A stretch of 64,000 bases of DNA from Anaeramoeba ignava BMAN. Taxonomy: Eukaryota; Protista; Anaeramoebae. This document shows, piece by piece, positions 1-12,648 of this stretch (positions within the stretch are counted from its first letter, which is position 1; every line of letters starts with the position of its first letter). Both the position numbers and the translations under genes were made by a program. Where the stretch lies: positions 248,001-312,000 of the forward strand of contig JAPDFW010000080.1 of assembly GCA_028826165.1 (NCBI GenBank), written 5' to 3'. Below the pieces are notes generated by a model that saw only the letters and a list, made by a program, of their open reading frames with translations, was not told the DNA's origin and did no database searches.

Positions 1-3000
1 CCAAAAGGATCATTTGAAAATACTGATGGTTTTTCTTCTATTTGTTTTCCTCTGTAAGTTTCTTCATTGATACGCGGCAATAAATTTATCATATCCTTTG
101 CCATTTTTATCAATAAAGTTAATTTTGTATCATCAATTTCTTCTTTTTCTTTTGGGAGTGAATTCATTAAAAGATTTGATGCAAATTCACGAATGATTGT
201 TGAACTCGAATTGATAAACCAATTATACACCCATTGTTCTGTGTTTGTATGAAACCATTCGTTAACTTTTGGATTGGATTCCATTAATTCTTTCAAATAT
301 TGGAATGAAATTTTTGTTGCAGCATCGTATCGTGCATTTTTATCGAACACTTGAATCATCTTTCGGATTGTATAATCTATATGTTCTTTATTATTTTCAT
401 CTTCAATGTTCATCATTTCCGTTAAAATGGGGAAATATTTCCCAAAATCTGTATAATTTCTTCGATCAATTTGTTCAAGTAAGAAGTCAACAATTTCTCG
501 AGTAAATGCTGAATTTCCTGTGCAAATTTGTTTGAGGAGTTTTGCTGTAGCTTCAGAATCAACAGCATCTTCGATTAATTTTTTTATGAATTTTTGATTT
601 AGTAGCAATTCTGAATCCAGTTGTGATAATTGCAAATCTTTTTCATTTTCATTTTCATTTTCTTTATTTTCTTTTGAAGAACTGCAAATATTTAGAAGTG
701 TTTCAATAACAGTAAAAACTTTTGCATATTGTTGACGCATATACTCATCTTGATCTCCCATTCCGATATAATCATTTGACATATTAGATAATTTTTGACT
801 TTTTCTTAATGGAGATTTATCGCCAAGAAATCCATCAATAAGTCTTGCTATCAAATTGTATTTAAGTAAAAATTTGCGAATAAGATGTCCTGTTGCAATA
901 ATGTCTTTCAAAATATCAAAATATTCAGACAAGAAATTAAAATGAAATTGTGCCATTGGTAATAATCTTAGGATAACTTTCACAACTCTTAAGGAAAGTG
1001 ATTTTTCATTTTGCTTATCGGAAACAATTTTCTCTAGTTGTTCTTCCTCACTTTGACTTGATACCCAATAATCATATATTTCTTCCTTTTTCATTTTCTG
1101 CACAATATTCATTTTTTCCTCTTCGTTTATGATTTCTATTGCAATCAAATCTTTTTCTGGTTCAATTAGTAATTTACTTGCATAAATCATTAAAGAAATT
1201 ATCATATTTCTAAATTGTGGGATTGGTTGCATTTTAAGAACATGTCTTGAAAACAAATTACTTTTGGTTTCTTCATCGCTATCAATCATCTTCTTCAAAA
1301 AATTATGTGGTAATTCTAAATCCTTCTCAAAATTTGCTTTAATTAATTCAATCCATTTCTCAGCTTTATCTTTTGCCTTCATTCTAGCTAAAATATTAAT
1401 AACAAAATCAACCATAAAATTTGTCAATTCTATGAAGAAATCTTTTTGTGTTTTGTATGATATTGTTTCTGAACAAAGTTGGAAAAAATTGAACAAGAAA
1501 TCAAAATAGGAATTATCAAAGAAATACTTTTTTTGGAGAAGATTGATATTATTGTTGATGACTTGTGAGTAAATTCCAGAGGGAATAGACATTTTATCAT
1601 TGAATGTCAATTGAAATTGATTCCTTAAACTGTTCAATTTCTCATCATTTTCAGAAAGTATTTGATTAGTTTGTGAATCAACTGATGTTTGATTTAATAA
1701 CTTTTCTGTTTCCAAATAGGAAAGTTCTGTTTCATCTTCAATTCTTTGATAAAATAACATATAAGCAGAATATCTTTTTTCTGCAAGTTCTTCAGTTTGT
1801 CTTCCAAAATTATCTGTTGTAATCATTGGTGCTTTTCCTCCAAAAGAATCAAAAGGAATGTTATTTGGATTGAAATCTGTGATGATTTTATCTTCAAATC
1901 TAAGCCATCTATATCCCAAATTAGCTTCAAATGGTTCTCTTTCTTTAATAAATGAATAATAATGACCAGATTCTGTTGATCCATAATGAACAATTATTCC
2001 AACAAGTCTGTATTTATAAAATTTGTTTTTTGGTTCTTCTTCTAATAAAATTTCCTTTTTTTCATTTTCTTTTTCATCTTTTTCATCTTCATCATTTTCT
2101 TTTTCTTTTTCATCTTTTTCTTTTTCATCTTTTTCTTTTTCTTTTTCTTTGTTTTTGTTCTTATTTTCTTCTTCTTCAATCCCTTCTTTTGTGTATTTTT
2201 TCATATCAATTATCATTGGGAAAGTACATTCATCATTGATTTTATTTCTTTCCATCGTTTCCAAATTGTATTGAAATCTTTTCAAATGAAGAATCAAATT
2301 TTTAGGTAAAGTTTGCACACAAACTCTTTTTAAAGCATCAACTTTTTTCTGAAGAATTTCACTATAATATTGATTATCTCCAGAAAGCATTTCACCTTGA
2401 ATATATTGATCCAAAGATTCGATAATATTTTTCTTTTTATCAATATCAATTGAAATTGTAAAGAAATTTTCTTTTCTTTCTGAAGTAGCATTTCCTGTTG
2501 TTGGAATAACTTGATTAACAACAACACCTCCAAATAAGTTATTAAGTAATTGCTTATGCGGAGTATTTTCGAGTTCTTGTTCCAATTTGTTAAACAGCAT
2601 ATTGAAAAATTCATCAACATCCATTTGTGATGAATGTTGTAAAGATCTTCCTTCCCAATCTTTAAATGCCTTGCAAAAATCTCTTGTATCAACAAATTGG
2701 TTTCCGGAAACACAAAGAGAAGCAAAAATTTTCTGGAAATTGTATAAAACACTATCTTCATCCTCTTTTAATTCTAACGATAAAATTGTTCGACGAAATT
2801 CTGGAATCATAAATAATTGCTGGAATAATGAATTCATATAACACGTTGCTCCCAAATTGGTTAATCCTACATATCCTGTTGTTGATTTTTCTTGGTATAC
2901 TGGATCATAATTCCAAGTATCAGGAATCTCAATATTTTCATGTTGTGACTTTAATAAAGAGAAAATTTCTGAGTAATTTTCTGGATTTTGTTTTACAAAT

Positions 3001-6000
3001 TCAATTAGTAAATTAAATGCTGCTTCTCTTGATGTTTTTGTTTTGCATTTTGGAGGTGATTTGCCAAGTTTGTTTCGTGATTTTGAATTGATATTAAAAT
3101 CTTCAAATTTGGGATAATCAAATAAACATTTATACAAAATCTCTTCAATAAGTTTTTCTGATTTTTGAATTTCAGTTTTGATTTTGGGTTCATTAGAAAT
3201 GATTGATTTCATAATATTCATATATCCTATTAAAATTTCATCATTTTGTGATGGTGATGATTGATCTTCGATAATTGGATGATTTTTGATAAGTTTTGCT
3301 ATATCAAATGCAATTTTTTCAAAATCCGTTTTGTCTTGAGATTTGTATAATAAATTGATTAATTCCACAAACAAAATGAAAAATTGTTCCAAATTACTTG
3401 ATTCATTAGATTCGAATTTTTCAATTTCAGGAAGAAATGAAACCAAAATGTTGAAGAAAAACATGATCAAAGATGACTCTTCAGTGTTTTGTGTTTGTAA
3501 ATCTTTGTGATTTTTGCAAATGGTGAGTATTCCATCAACCAATATTTTACGATTGAGATGAATTTTAGAATGAAGTAATGAAGCCTTCACCCAATCTCGG
3601 ATGTGTTTGTATTTCTTTAATGATTCAATCCATTCTGGTTTACTAATACATCCTGCAATAACAATTTTCATTGAATAAGAAACAATTGATTGGTTAAGAA
3701 TTGAGAGTTGGATTTTGAGTTGGCTACTTTCTAATTGAGAAGTGAATCCAAGAAAGGTTTGCAAAAGAACATCGTATGAAACACTTTTTATTGGGACTTG
3801 TGGATCAAATCTGATAGGATCTTCCAATACAACGAAATTGGAAAAGTTTTTCAATAATAAAGAAAGAACGGTATAATGTTCAAAAGTTTCTTTTTTTTGT
3901 TCATTCATTTCAATAAGTGTTTTGGCAATGTATTCAACACCTCCAGTTATAATAAAATTTGTTTTCCACAATGATTTATCAAAACCCATTAAAAATTCAT
4001 GCTCAACATCTCCTGGTTGAACAAGATAATCAATGATTTGAAGTTGGTATATTAGTTTAAAAAGAGATTTTGAATTTAATATTTTTTTCCAATTAATTAA
4101 ATATTCTTGATCTTCATTGTCAAAATCCTCCATTTGAAGAAATATATTTGAGAATTCTAAAAGAAGAGATTTGCTTGTTGGCATGTTCATAATCAAATTC
4201 CATATTTGTTCTTGTTGTTGTCTTTCTGTTTTCTCAAGTAACATGAATAAATCATCAAAATACTTCAAAAGAATAAAACTTGGAATTGTTTCTTTATCGT
4301 AAATTGGTTCTTCAAATTCTCTTGAATCATAAGATATAAATTTATTTTCTATTGTGACAAATAATTGTGTAATTGGAGTTGAATATAAACCAACATCAGA
4401 AAGAGTTTTGTGATTATTTGATCTGTTAATAAGAGAATGAGTAACTGAAAATTCATGAAAATCCTTTTTAACAATATCCTTAATTTTTTTACGCAAGGAA
4501 TAAACAGAATCACTTCCTGAAACTGTGATTATTTGTTCTTGTTTTGATTGGCCATCATTGATAATTACTTTCAAGTTTACTAAACTTCCTTTAACAAAAA
4601 CTTTGTGTCTTTTGAATCCCAAACTTTCTGGTATTAATTTCTCTTCAACATTTTTCACAAAAGTTGTTAGAATTCTTATACAACGCTCTCTAATTCGGGT
4701 TTCTTCTGTGTTTTTTAAAAGATTAATGATCTTCTCAAGAAATAAACTTCTTTTCTCTTTTATATAAATTTCCGATTTTATATTTTGGAACATGATCAAG
4801 TAATCAATCGAAGATTTAACAACTTCTGGATTTTGTGAATTCAATGCAATTTCCCACAAACTTTTTAATCCAACAAAATTATTTTCATTCACATGAAAAA
4901 TATAAAAATCATCGATATTTCCTGATATTGAAATCTTGTCATAATTTGATTTGAAACTAAAATGCTTATAAAAATCAAATCCAGCACTTGTCATTTCGAT
5001 TGGATTTAATGTTTCTGCTTTTAAAAACATGATCTGTGAAACTTCTGAAGAAAATTGAATGGATATTGCCCATCTTAAAAACATTTCCCTTTCATTTAAT
5101 ATTGGATCTACATAAAGTGCATTCCATAATTCTTCAATATTTTCGACTGATAATTCTTTTGTTTGAGCAACAAAATCTTGAAGAAGATCTAACCGATTTT
5201 CCAACTTTGTTTTTTAAAAAAAAAAAGAAATTAAAATATAAATTTAAAATTAAAATTTAAATTTTTCTTACATGTTCTCTAAAAGTAAAATCAACAAATT
5301 TAAAGGTTTCTAAATTAATAACTAAATCAGTATTTTCTTGTCTTTTTTCATTTAAATAATCTAAAAATCTCTTTCTGAAATTTGTTATTTCCTTAATAAT
5401 AATATCAGAAACATTGAATGTATTTTCCAAACTTTTGATAATAGCTTCTCTAAGTTGTTGAGAAAATCTCATTCTTGTTTGAATTGAAATGGGATAAGTA
5501 TTAAGAATTTTCTTGAATAATTTGATTGTAGAACTTGTATTTTTGCCAATTTTGAGATTTTCAACACATTTAATAGCAAATTGTTCTTTAATTGAATCTT
5601 CTGTATAATGATTATTAAAAATTTCTTGTAAATTTTCTGAAAGAATGTTTTTAGTTTGGGAATCAATTTCTGAATCATTGATTAAATCCCAAAATTTATC
5701 TAAACATTTATTATCAGTTTTTTGAACTGTTTTTGATAAATCAGAAATTGCGAAATCTTTAAGAAAACAAATTGAACCGTTATCCCATTTTTTTATTTTT
5801 TGGATTTTCTCTGTAAATAATTCAAGATTAATTTCATTTGGTAAATGATCAAGTAATTTAGAAAATAGATGATAAATAACTTCAGCTGTTGATTGATGAG
5901 CACCCTAAAAATAAAATATAAAGATATAAGATTTGATTTAATTAATAAATAAATAAATAAATAAATAAATACTTCTAAAGCATTCCACATTAAAAAAATT

Positions 6001-8936
6001 TGTTCTTTTGATAATTTCTTTTGTTTAAGAAGAAATTTTAAAATTGGTGATGATCTTGAAAGAATTTCAGGATGCATTTTATCTCCAAATAGAGTATCAA
6101 TAATTTTATGTTCTTCTAACCAAGATATAAAAGATCTATATTTTTAATTTTCAAATTTATTTTGATTTTAATTTTCAAATGAATTTTAATTTGAATTTTA
6201 ATTTTAATTTTAATTTTCAAATGAATTATAATTTTAATTTTAATTTTCAAATGAATTATAATTTTAATTTTAATTTTCAAATGAATTTTAATTTTAATTT
6301 TCAAATGAATTTTAATTTTAATTTTAATTTTTTAATTTTCAAATGAATTTTTTTTAATTTTTTTAATATTATTTTTAATTTTAATTTTAATTTTTAATTT
6401 TAATTTTAATTTTAATTTTAATTTTAATTTTAATTTTAATTTTAATTTTAATTTTAATTTTCAAATGAATTATAATTTTAATTTTAATTTTCAAATGAAT
6501 TTTAATTTTCAAATGAATTTTAATTTTAATTTTAATTTTAATTTTAATTTTCAAAATTTTAATTTTCAAATGAATTTTAATTTTAATTTTAATTTTCAAA
6601 ATTTTAATTTTCAAATGAATTTTAATTTTAAAATGAATTTTAATTTTAATTTTGAAATGAATTTTAATTTTAATTTTAATTTTCAAATGAATTTTAATTA
6701 TAATTGTCAAATGAATTTTAATTATAATTTTCAAATGAATTTTAATTTTAATTTTCAAATGAATTTTAATTTTAATTTTAATTTTCAAATGAATTTTAAT
6801 TTTAATTTTCAAATGAATTATGATTTTAATTTTAATTTTCAAATGAATTTTAATTTTAAAACAAACTCTGTATTTAACCAAGAAGTTTGATTCATATAAA
6901 AATAATTTCCTGTAAATGATCTATTATGAACTTTTATTGTAATATCACATAAATCTTTAATTCCAATAACTCTCATTTCTAAATATGGAGATTGTAAATA
7001 TTTTGAAGTTAAATCCAAATTAAATTTTTCAAAAATTTCATCAGATTTATAAGGATTAGATCTTCTAATAAACATTTGAATTGAAGATAATAATTTATCA
7101 AAATCTGTTTTTTTTTCTCCTCTTAATTCATCAAAACTCATTTGTAAAAATTTTTGAGTAATTCCAATAAGTTTTTTTCCAAGACGAGTTAAATATTCCT
7201 GGTTAAAATAATAATAAACCTATTTTTTTTTTCAAATCAAATTATTAAATAGAAATTATTAAATAAAATTATTAAATTAAAATATTAAATTAAAATTATT
7301 TAATCAAATTATTAAATTAAAATATTAAATCAAATTATTTAATTAAATTATTAAATAAAATTATTAAATTAAATTATTAAATTAAAATATTTAATAAATT
7401 GATTTAATTTTCTTTTTGGATAAAATACTTGAAAAATTGGATTTAATATAAGTGACATTTGTTTTGCTGTAATTTGAGGTTTAGAAATAATATGTTGAAT
7501 TAATTTTTCAAATCCTTGAATTTTTCCAAAATGATCAATATTTTCAATAAGAAATGCAGGAAGAAACCAATTTGAATCTGAAGTAACTTTTTGCATTGGT
7601 TTTTCATCATCTTCTTTTTCTTTATCTTCTTTATCTTTTTCTTCTTTATCTTTTTCTTCTTTATCTTTTTCTTTTTCATCATCATTTTCTTTATCTTTTT
7701 CATCTTTATCTTTTTCATCTTCATTTTCTTTTTCATCTTTATCTTTTTCATCTTCATTTTCTTCATTTTCTTTTTCATCTTTTTTTAATAATTTTTCTTG
7801 AAGTTGTTCTATATCACTTGTATCATCATCTGAAGTTGCAATTTCTGTATCTTTTTCATCTGAATTTATACCATTTGTAATTCTTGGATCTTTAAAATTT
7901 TCAATATCATCTATTTGTGGTGTTATATCTTGAAAATTATCAATAGCATTCCAATTCTATATTAATTTCAATTTCAATTTTAATATTAATTTTAATTTTA
8001 ATTTTAATTTTAATTTTAATTTTAATTTTAATTTTAATTTTAATTTTAATTTTAATTTTAATTTTAATTTTAATTTTAATTTTAATTTTAATTTTAATTT
8101 TAATTTAAATTTTAATTTTAATTTTAATTTTAATTTTAATTTTTAATTTTAATTTTAATTTTAATTTTAATTTTAATTTTAATTTTAATTTTAATTTTTA
8201 ATTTTAATTTTAATTTTAATTTTAATTTTAATTTTGATTTTAATTTTAATTTTAATTTTAATTTTAATTTTAATTTTAATTTTAATTTTAATTTTAATTT
8301 TAATTTTAATTTTGATTTTAAATTGAATTTTAATTTTAATTTTAATTTTAATTTTAATTTTAATTTTAATTTTAATTTTAATTCTAATTTTAATTTTAAT
8401 TTTAATTTTAATTTTATAAATGAATTCTAATTTTAATTTTAATTTTAATTTTAATTCTATAAATGAATTTTAATTTTTTAAATAAAAACCTGTCTAGAAT
8501 AACTATAATCACGATAAAATCCTGTTTGCATTGGTCTTTCAAGAATTCTTTCAAGTAAACTTTGAATTAAGAAATTTTCTTCTGGAATTTTTTTAGCACA
8601 AAAATCAAGACATTTTTGAAGAAATTTATTAATTTTTTGAGCAACATCAAAAGAATAAGTTGATGTTTTCCAAATTTCAAAAACAAATTCATTTAAATAT
8701 TCAATTAAAACATTTTCAAGTTCTTTAGATAATTCTTCATTAATTGAAAGATCAATATCTTTTTCAATAATTTCTAAAATATCAACTGGATCGTTTTCTA
8801 TGTGTAAATTTTAAATTTTTAAATTGATTTTTATTTTAAATTTTTAAATTGATTTTTAATTTTAAATTGATTTTTTACTATCACTTAGTTCAAATTTAAT
8901 TGCAAGATATTTAGTTTGAAATTCTTCTAAACTCAT
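1..8936 (-). CDS. Large ubiquitin-specific protease, USP9X/USP24/USP34 (FAF-like) family; 3' end lies beyond the window
   Basis: ATG at 8936. Frame-preserving GT-AG introns at 8878-8798, 8489-7957, 7428-7220, 6866-6136, 5972-5905 and 5271-5205, then an open exon 5204->1. Cys box GLTNLGATCYMNSLFQQLFMIP (~2880-2805), QMDVDEF, His box GIIVHYGSTESGHYYSFIKER (~2000-1940), SAYMLFYQR. Confidence 0.92.
6145..6860. repeat. Intronic satellite, AATTTT hexamer with TTTCAAATG interruptions
   Basis: Directly visible tandem array in USP intron 4. Confidence 0.95.
7965..8480. repeat. Intronic (AATTTT)n microsatellite
   Basis: Tandem hexamer in USP intron 2. Confidence 0.95.
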
Positions 8937-9164
8937 TTTTTAAAAAAGTTTTTTGTGATTTTTGCTTTTTTTTTAAAATAGAAAAAAAATGAAAAAAATG
9001 AAAAAAAAAATTTTTGGATTTAATAAATTTTTTTTTTCCGAATTTAAAAACCAAAAAGAAAAGAAAAGAAAAGAAAAGAAAAGAAAAGAAAAGAAAAGAA
9101 AAGAAAAGAAAAGAAAAAATATTTATTCAAGAATTTAAATTCTTATTCCCTTTTTTTTTTTGAA

Positions 9165-11324
9165 TTAATTAAGTTGATATCCAATTTCGAATTCATCATA
9201 AAATTGATTTGGATCTTGAACAATAAATATTTTGGAATCATTAGAATAACTATCATTTTTCACATTATAATAAAAAGAATTAGAATTGGAATTAGAATTA
9301 GAATTTTTATCAAAAGCGGTAAATGAACCCAAACAAACTCTTGAAACATAAATAAAATTTGTTTTTGATATTGTTTCTGATTTTGATGTTGTTTCTTTTT
9401 TCGGAATATAAATTGAATAAAAATCGGATAATCCAAAATTATCGAAAAAAAGATTCATTTCATTGTTGAAAATTTTGGGAACTTGAGGAAAAGATTGAAC
9501 AATATATTCTGATAATTCATGTTGATTGTGATTGAATCTTTTGCCGTGAAACAAATAAACTTCATTAAGATGGGTATCTTTTTCTTTTGATTTAATTAAA
9601 CCTTCACAATAGAAATCTTTATTAAGACTATAATTAGGTTGAATTTCAATTTGATTTTCAATGAGTTGATTTGAAATTTCAGATTTTTTCATTTGATAAT
9701 TTGCCCATTTTCTTAATTTTTGAATTCTACTTATTGATGTAATCTTAAAAAATGGTGTTATTCTATTGAAATTAAGACTTTCAAAAGTGGCAAAAACTGC
9801 TAAATAAATTTTTCGATAAATATCGGAATCTGTTTTGAGTGGTTCTTTAATGGATTTTTTGGATTTATTCCAATATAAAGGTTGTGGAATTGTTGGATAA
9901 AATGAAGGAAATTGAAGAAGAAATTTGATCTGCTTTTTTTGAATAAATTTTGAATTATTCTGTAAAACTTCCTTCATTATCCGTTTGAATTCCTTATCTT
10001 TTTTAAGTTCTGGGAAAATATTCCATTCAATTTCTTTGTTGAATAAATATTTTTCTTCATCAATTCCAGGAAGTTGGAAATTATGTAAATTCTGAATTAA
10101 AACAGATCCAGTATCAAAATCAATCAATATATCATCCAATCCAATTTTGGAGAAATAAATTGAATCAAATGTAAGGCTTTCAAGAACTTCGAGTGCTTTC
10201 CTTAAATAAAAATAAAATAAATCTTTATTGAAAATTGAAAGTTTTTTATATTCAGCAAGTGTAAGTTGTAAATCCGAATCCAAATTTACTTCAATTGAAT
10301 CTGAAGTTTCATAAAAAGATTTCACTTTGATTAAATTAGGATGATTGAGAACAAGATAAGGAACCAATTTCAAGGATTCTTTTTTTGGAATTGAGATTGT
10401 TTTTTTGGAAATGATTGTTTTTTCAGGAGTAAAAAGTGGTGATTTTTTAAACCAGTTTTTGTCTGAGAAAAATGATTTTGGATCAATTTTATCCAATTCC
10501 AAAGCATCGATTTTTGATTTAACACTACTTGATTTGAGTTCTTGTTCTTTAAGACTAGTTATTGGGGTAATTTCTTGAAATGTAAATGAAGGTAATTCGC
10601 TTGTATTAAATTTCCATTCTTCAAGTTTTGTTTTGAATTCAGTAGATGATTTGGAATTGCAAGCTGATTTATTAAAACTAATATATTTCTTAATTTTTGG
10701 ATCTTTCTTAGCTGATATTTTTGATGATTTTAAGGAATCAAGAATTTTGTAAGAAGATTTTTCTGAAATGGAGAGTAAATTTGATTTTTCTTTTGCAAGA
10801 AATTTTTCAAGATTATATCTAACTAAAAATTGTTTATAATTTTCGATTGGATCATTTGAATTGCATTTTAAATCACTTCCAAATTGCAATAATTTGTTTA
10901 AAGATTCAAGTTGTTCAGAAGTCCATTTTGCATTTATAATAATTCTCAAATCATCCTTTAATTCTAAACTTGGGAAATCTGACTTTAAATTTATGAAATC
11001 TTTTCTTTTTTTTAATTTTTCAAAATATTTCTTCATTGAACAATAGTTTTCAAAACAAGTGTAATAAAGTCTTTGTTTATCATCCAGTTCTTTCTCGATT
11101 GCCAAAACAAGAAGCTTATAAAGACTTAATAAATTTGGTTGATTTTCTGAGTCTTTTATTTCTGGATCAAATAAATCCTCAATTTTTTTGTAAATTTTTT
11201 CTATTGTTTGAATTGATTCATCTTTTGATTTTGAATCAGGATTTTCTTGAACAAACATTTTTGAAACTTCTAAAAGAATTGATTCCATTTCTTTTTCGTT
11301 TTTTTTTTTGCGGAAATTATCCAT
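9165..11324 (-). CDS. Intronless 719-aa protein: N-terminal helical region, degenerate kinase-like fold, C-terminal PARP/ART-like domain
   Basis: Long non-repetitive ORF. Kinase-like LNHPNLIKVKSFYET...DDILID; PARP-like FKITSISRIQ..W..Y, NEVYLFHG, VSRVCLG, IFIVQDPNQFYDEFEIGY. Confidence 0.7.
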   Translation of the reverse strand: MDNFRKKKNEKEMESILLEVSKMFVQENPDSKSKDESIQTIEKIYKKIEDLFDPEIKDSENQPNLLSLYKLLVLAIEKELDDKQRLYYTCFENYCSMKKYFEKLKKRKDFINLKSDFPSLELKDDLRIIINAKWTSEQLESLNKLLQFGSDLKCNSNDPIENYKQFLVRYNLEKFLAKEKSNLLSISEKSSYKILDSLKSSKISAKKDPKIKKYISFNKSACNSKSSTEFKTKLEEWKFNTSELPSFTFQEITPITSLKEQELKSSSVKSKIDALELDKIDPKSFFSDKNWFKKSPLFTPEKTIISKKTISIPKKESLKLVPYLVLNHPNLIKVKSFYETSDSIEVNLDSDLQLTLAEYKKLSIFNKDLFYFYLRKALEVLESLTFDSIYFSKIGLDDILIDFDTGSVLIQNLHNFQLPGIDEEKYLFNKEIEWNIFPELKKDKEFKRIMKEVLQNNSKFIQKKQIKFLLQFPSFYPTIPQPLYWNKSKKSIKEPLKTDSDIYRKIYLAVFATFESLNFNRITPFFKITSISRIQKLRKWANYQMKKSEISNQLIENQIEIQPNYSLNKDFYCEGLIKSKEKDTHLNEVYLFHGKRFNHNQHELSEYIVQSFPQVPKIFNNEMNLFFDNFGLSDFYSIYIPKKETTSKSETISKTNFIYVSRVCLGSFTAFDKNSNSNSNSNSFYYNVKNDSYSNDSKIFIVQDPNQFYDEFEIGYQLN

Positions 11325-11850
11325 TTTTTCAATGAAAGTAATTGTTTTATTTTTATTCCAATTTTTTGCGTTTTGGAAATGATTTTTTAAATTTGCAGAA
11401 TTTTGGATAATAATAAGTAAATTTTGGAAATGAGTTTTTTGTTTTATTTTTTTTTGTTGAGAATTTTCCTAATTTTATAAATGAATTTAAATTTTATAAA
11501 TGAATTATAATTTGAATTTTAATTTTAATTTGAATTTTAATTTTATAAATTAATTTTAATTTAATTTACAGTCATTTTTTAAAAATAAAAAAAAAGGAAA
11601 AAAATGAAAAATTAAAATTAAAAAAGTGGATTTTTGTTTTTTTTTTTTAATTATTTAATTCAAAAAAAAAAAACAAAAACAACAAACAAAAGAACAAAAG
11701 AACAAAAGAAAAGAAGCAAAAAAAGAAAAATCAAATTTTAAATCAATTTTTGAATCAAATTTTAAATCAATTTTTAAATCAATTTTTGAATCAATTTTTG
11801 AAATTGTTTTTAAATCGTTTTGAAATGTGGTTAAAATCTCTTTGGGAAAT

Positions 11851-12441
11851 TCACATTAAAGAGCATTTTCCAAACAATTTTCTCTTTTTCTTAGTTTTAG
11901 TAGTTTTTCCAGTAGTTTTCTCATCAGTTTTACCGAATTTAATTTTTCTAATTTCTCTAACCAAACCAAAGAAAGCCTCTTCAACATTAATTCTAGTTTT
12001 AGCAGAAGTTTCAATATAAGGGCAACCAAAAGTTTTAGCGAGATCTTGACCTTCACCAGAAGAAACTTGTCTTTCATTTTCAAGATCAGATTTATTACCA
12101 ACAATAATCATAGGGACATGATCTGAATCTTTAACTCTGCAAATTTGCTCTTTAAAAACGGAAACTTCATCGAATGAATTTCTTGAATTGATTGCAAATA
12201 CAATTAGAAATCCTTCTCCTGATCTCATATATGAATCTCGCATTGCTGAATATTCTTCTTGTCCTGCTGTGTCTAATATGTCTAATAAACAGATTTCTTC
12301 ATCGATTTCTACTTGTCTTCGATATGAATCTTCAATTGTTGGATCATATTCATCTACAAAGTGTGATTGTACTAATTGAATTGTTAATGCAGATTTTCCT
12401 ACTCCTCCTCCTCCTACAACTACTAATTTATATTCTGTCAT
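11851..12441 (-). CDS. RAS: Ras small GTPase (intronless)
   Basis: [42 protein letters not shown], polybasic KKKRK and CAAX CSLM. Confidence 0.98.
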   Translation of the reverse strand: MTEYKLVVVGGGGVGKSALTIQLVQSHFVDEYDPTIEDSYRRQVEIDEEICLLDILDTAGQEEYSAMRDSYMRSGEGFLIVFAINSRNSFDEVSVFKEQICRVKDSDHVPMIIVGNKSDLENERQVSSGEGQDLAKTFGCPYIETSAKTRINVEEAFFGLVREIRKIKFGKTDEKTTGKTTKTKKKRKLFGKCSLM

Positions 12442-12648
12442 TTGTTTTTTTTTTGTTTTGTAAAAATTTTTTTAAAAAATAATTGAAAAAAAAATGAAAA
12501 ATAAAAAATAAAAAAAAATTTTTTCTTTTATATTTTTTTATTTATATATTTAATTTTTTAAAAAATAGAGTTTTATCTCTAAATTATTTTCAATTAAAAA
12601 ATTTTTATTTTTTTATTTTTTTTTTTTCATTTTTTTCATTTTTTTTAA
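12442..12648. promoter_or_regulatory. Compact bidirectional promoter, Ras/RPB11
   Basis: 207 nt between divergent ATGs; TTTTCAT motifs point outward towards each gene. Confidence 0.6.

Noticed and set aside
2330-2761. Overlapping ORFs within the USP and Piezo exons
   Set aside because: They are alternative-frame or antisense shadows of long AT-rich coding exons and lack recognisable motifs.
6116-6890. ORFs of KIKI/NFNF, DFDF, ILIL, LNII and LFIK type here and throughout the track
   Set aside because: They are translations of intronic/intergenic satellites or alternative frames of low-complexity exons; the flanking exons splice around them in frame.
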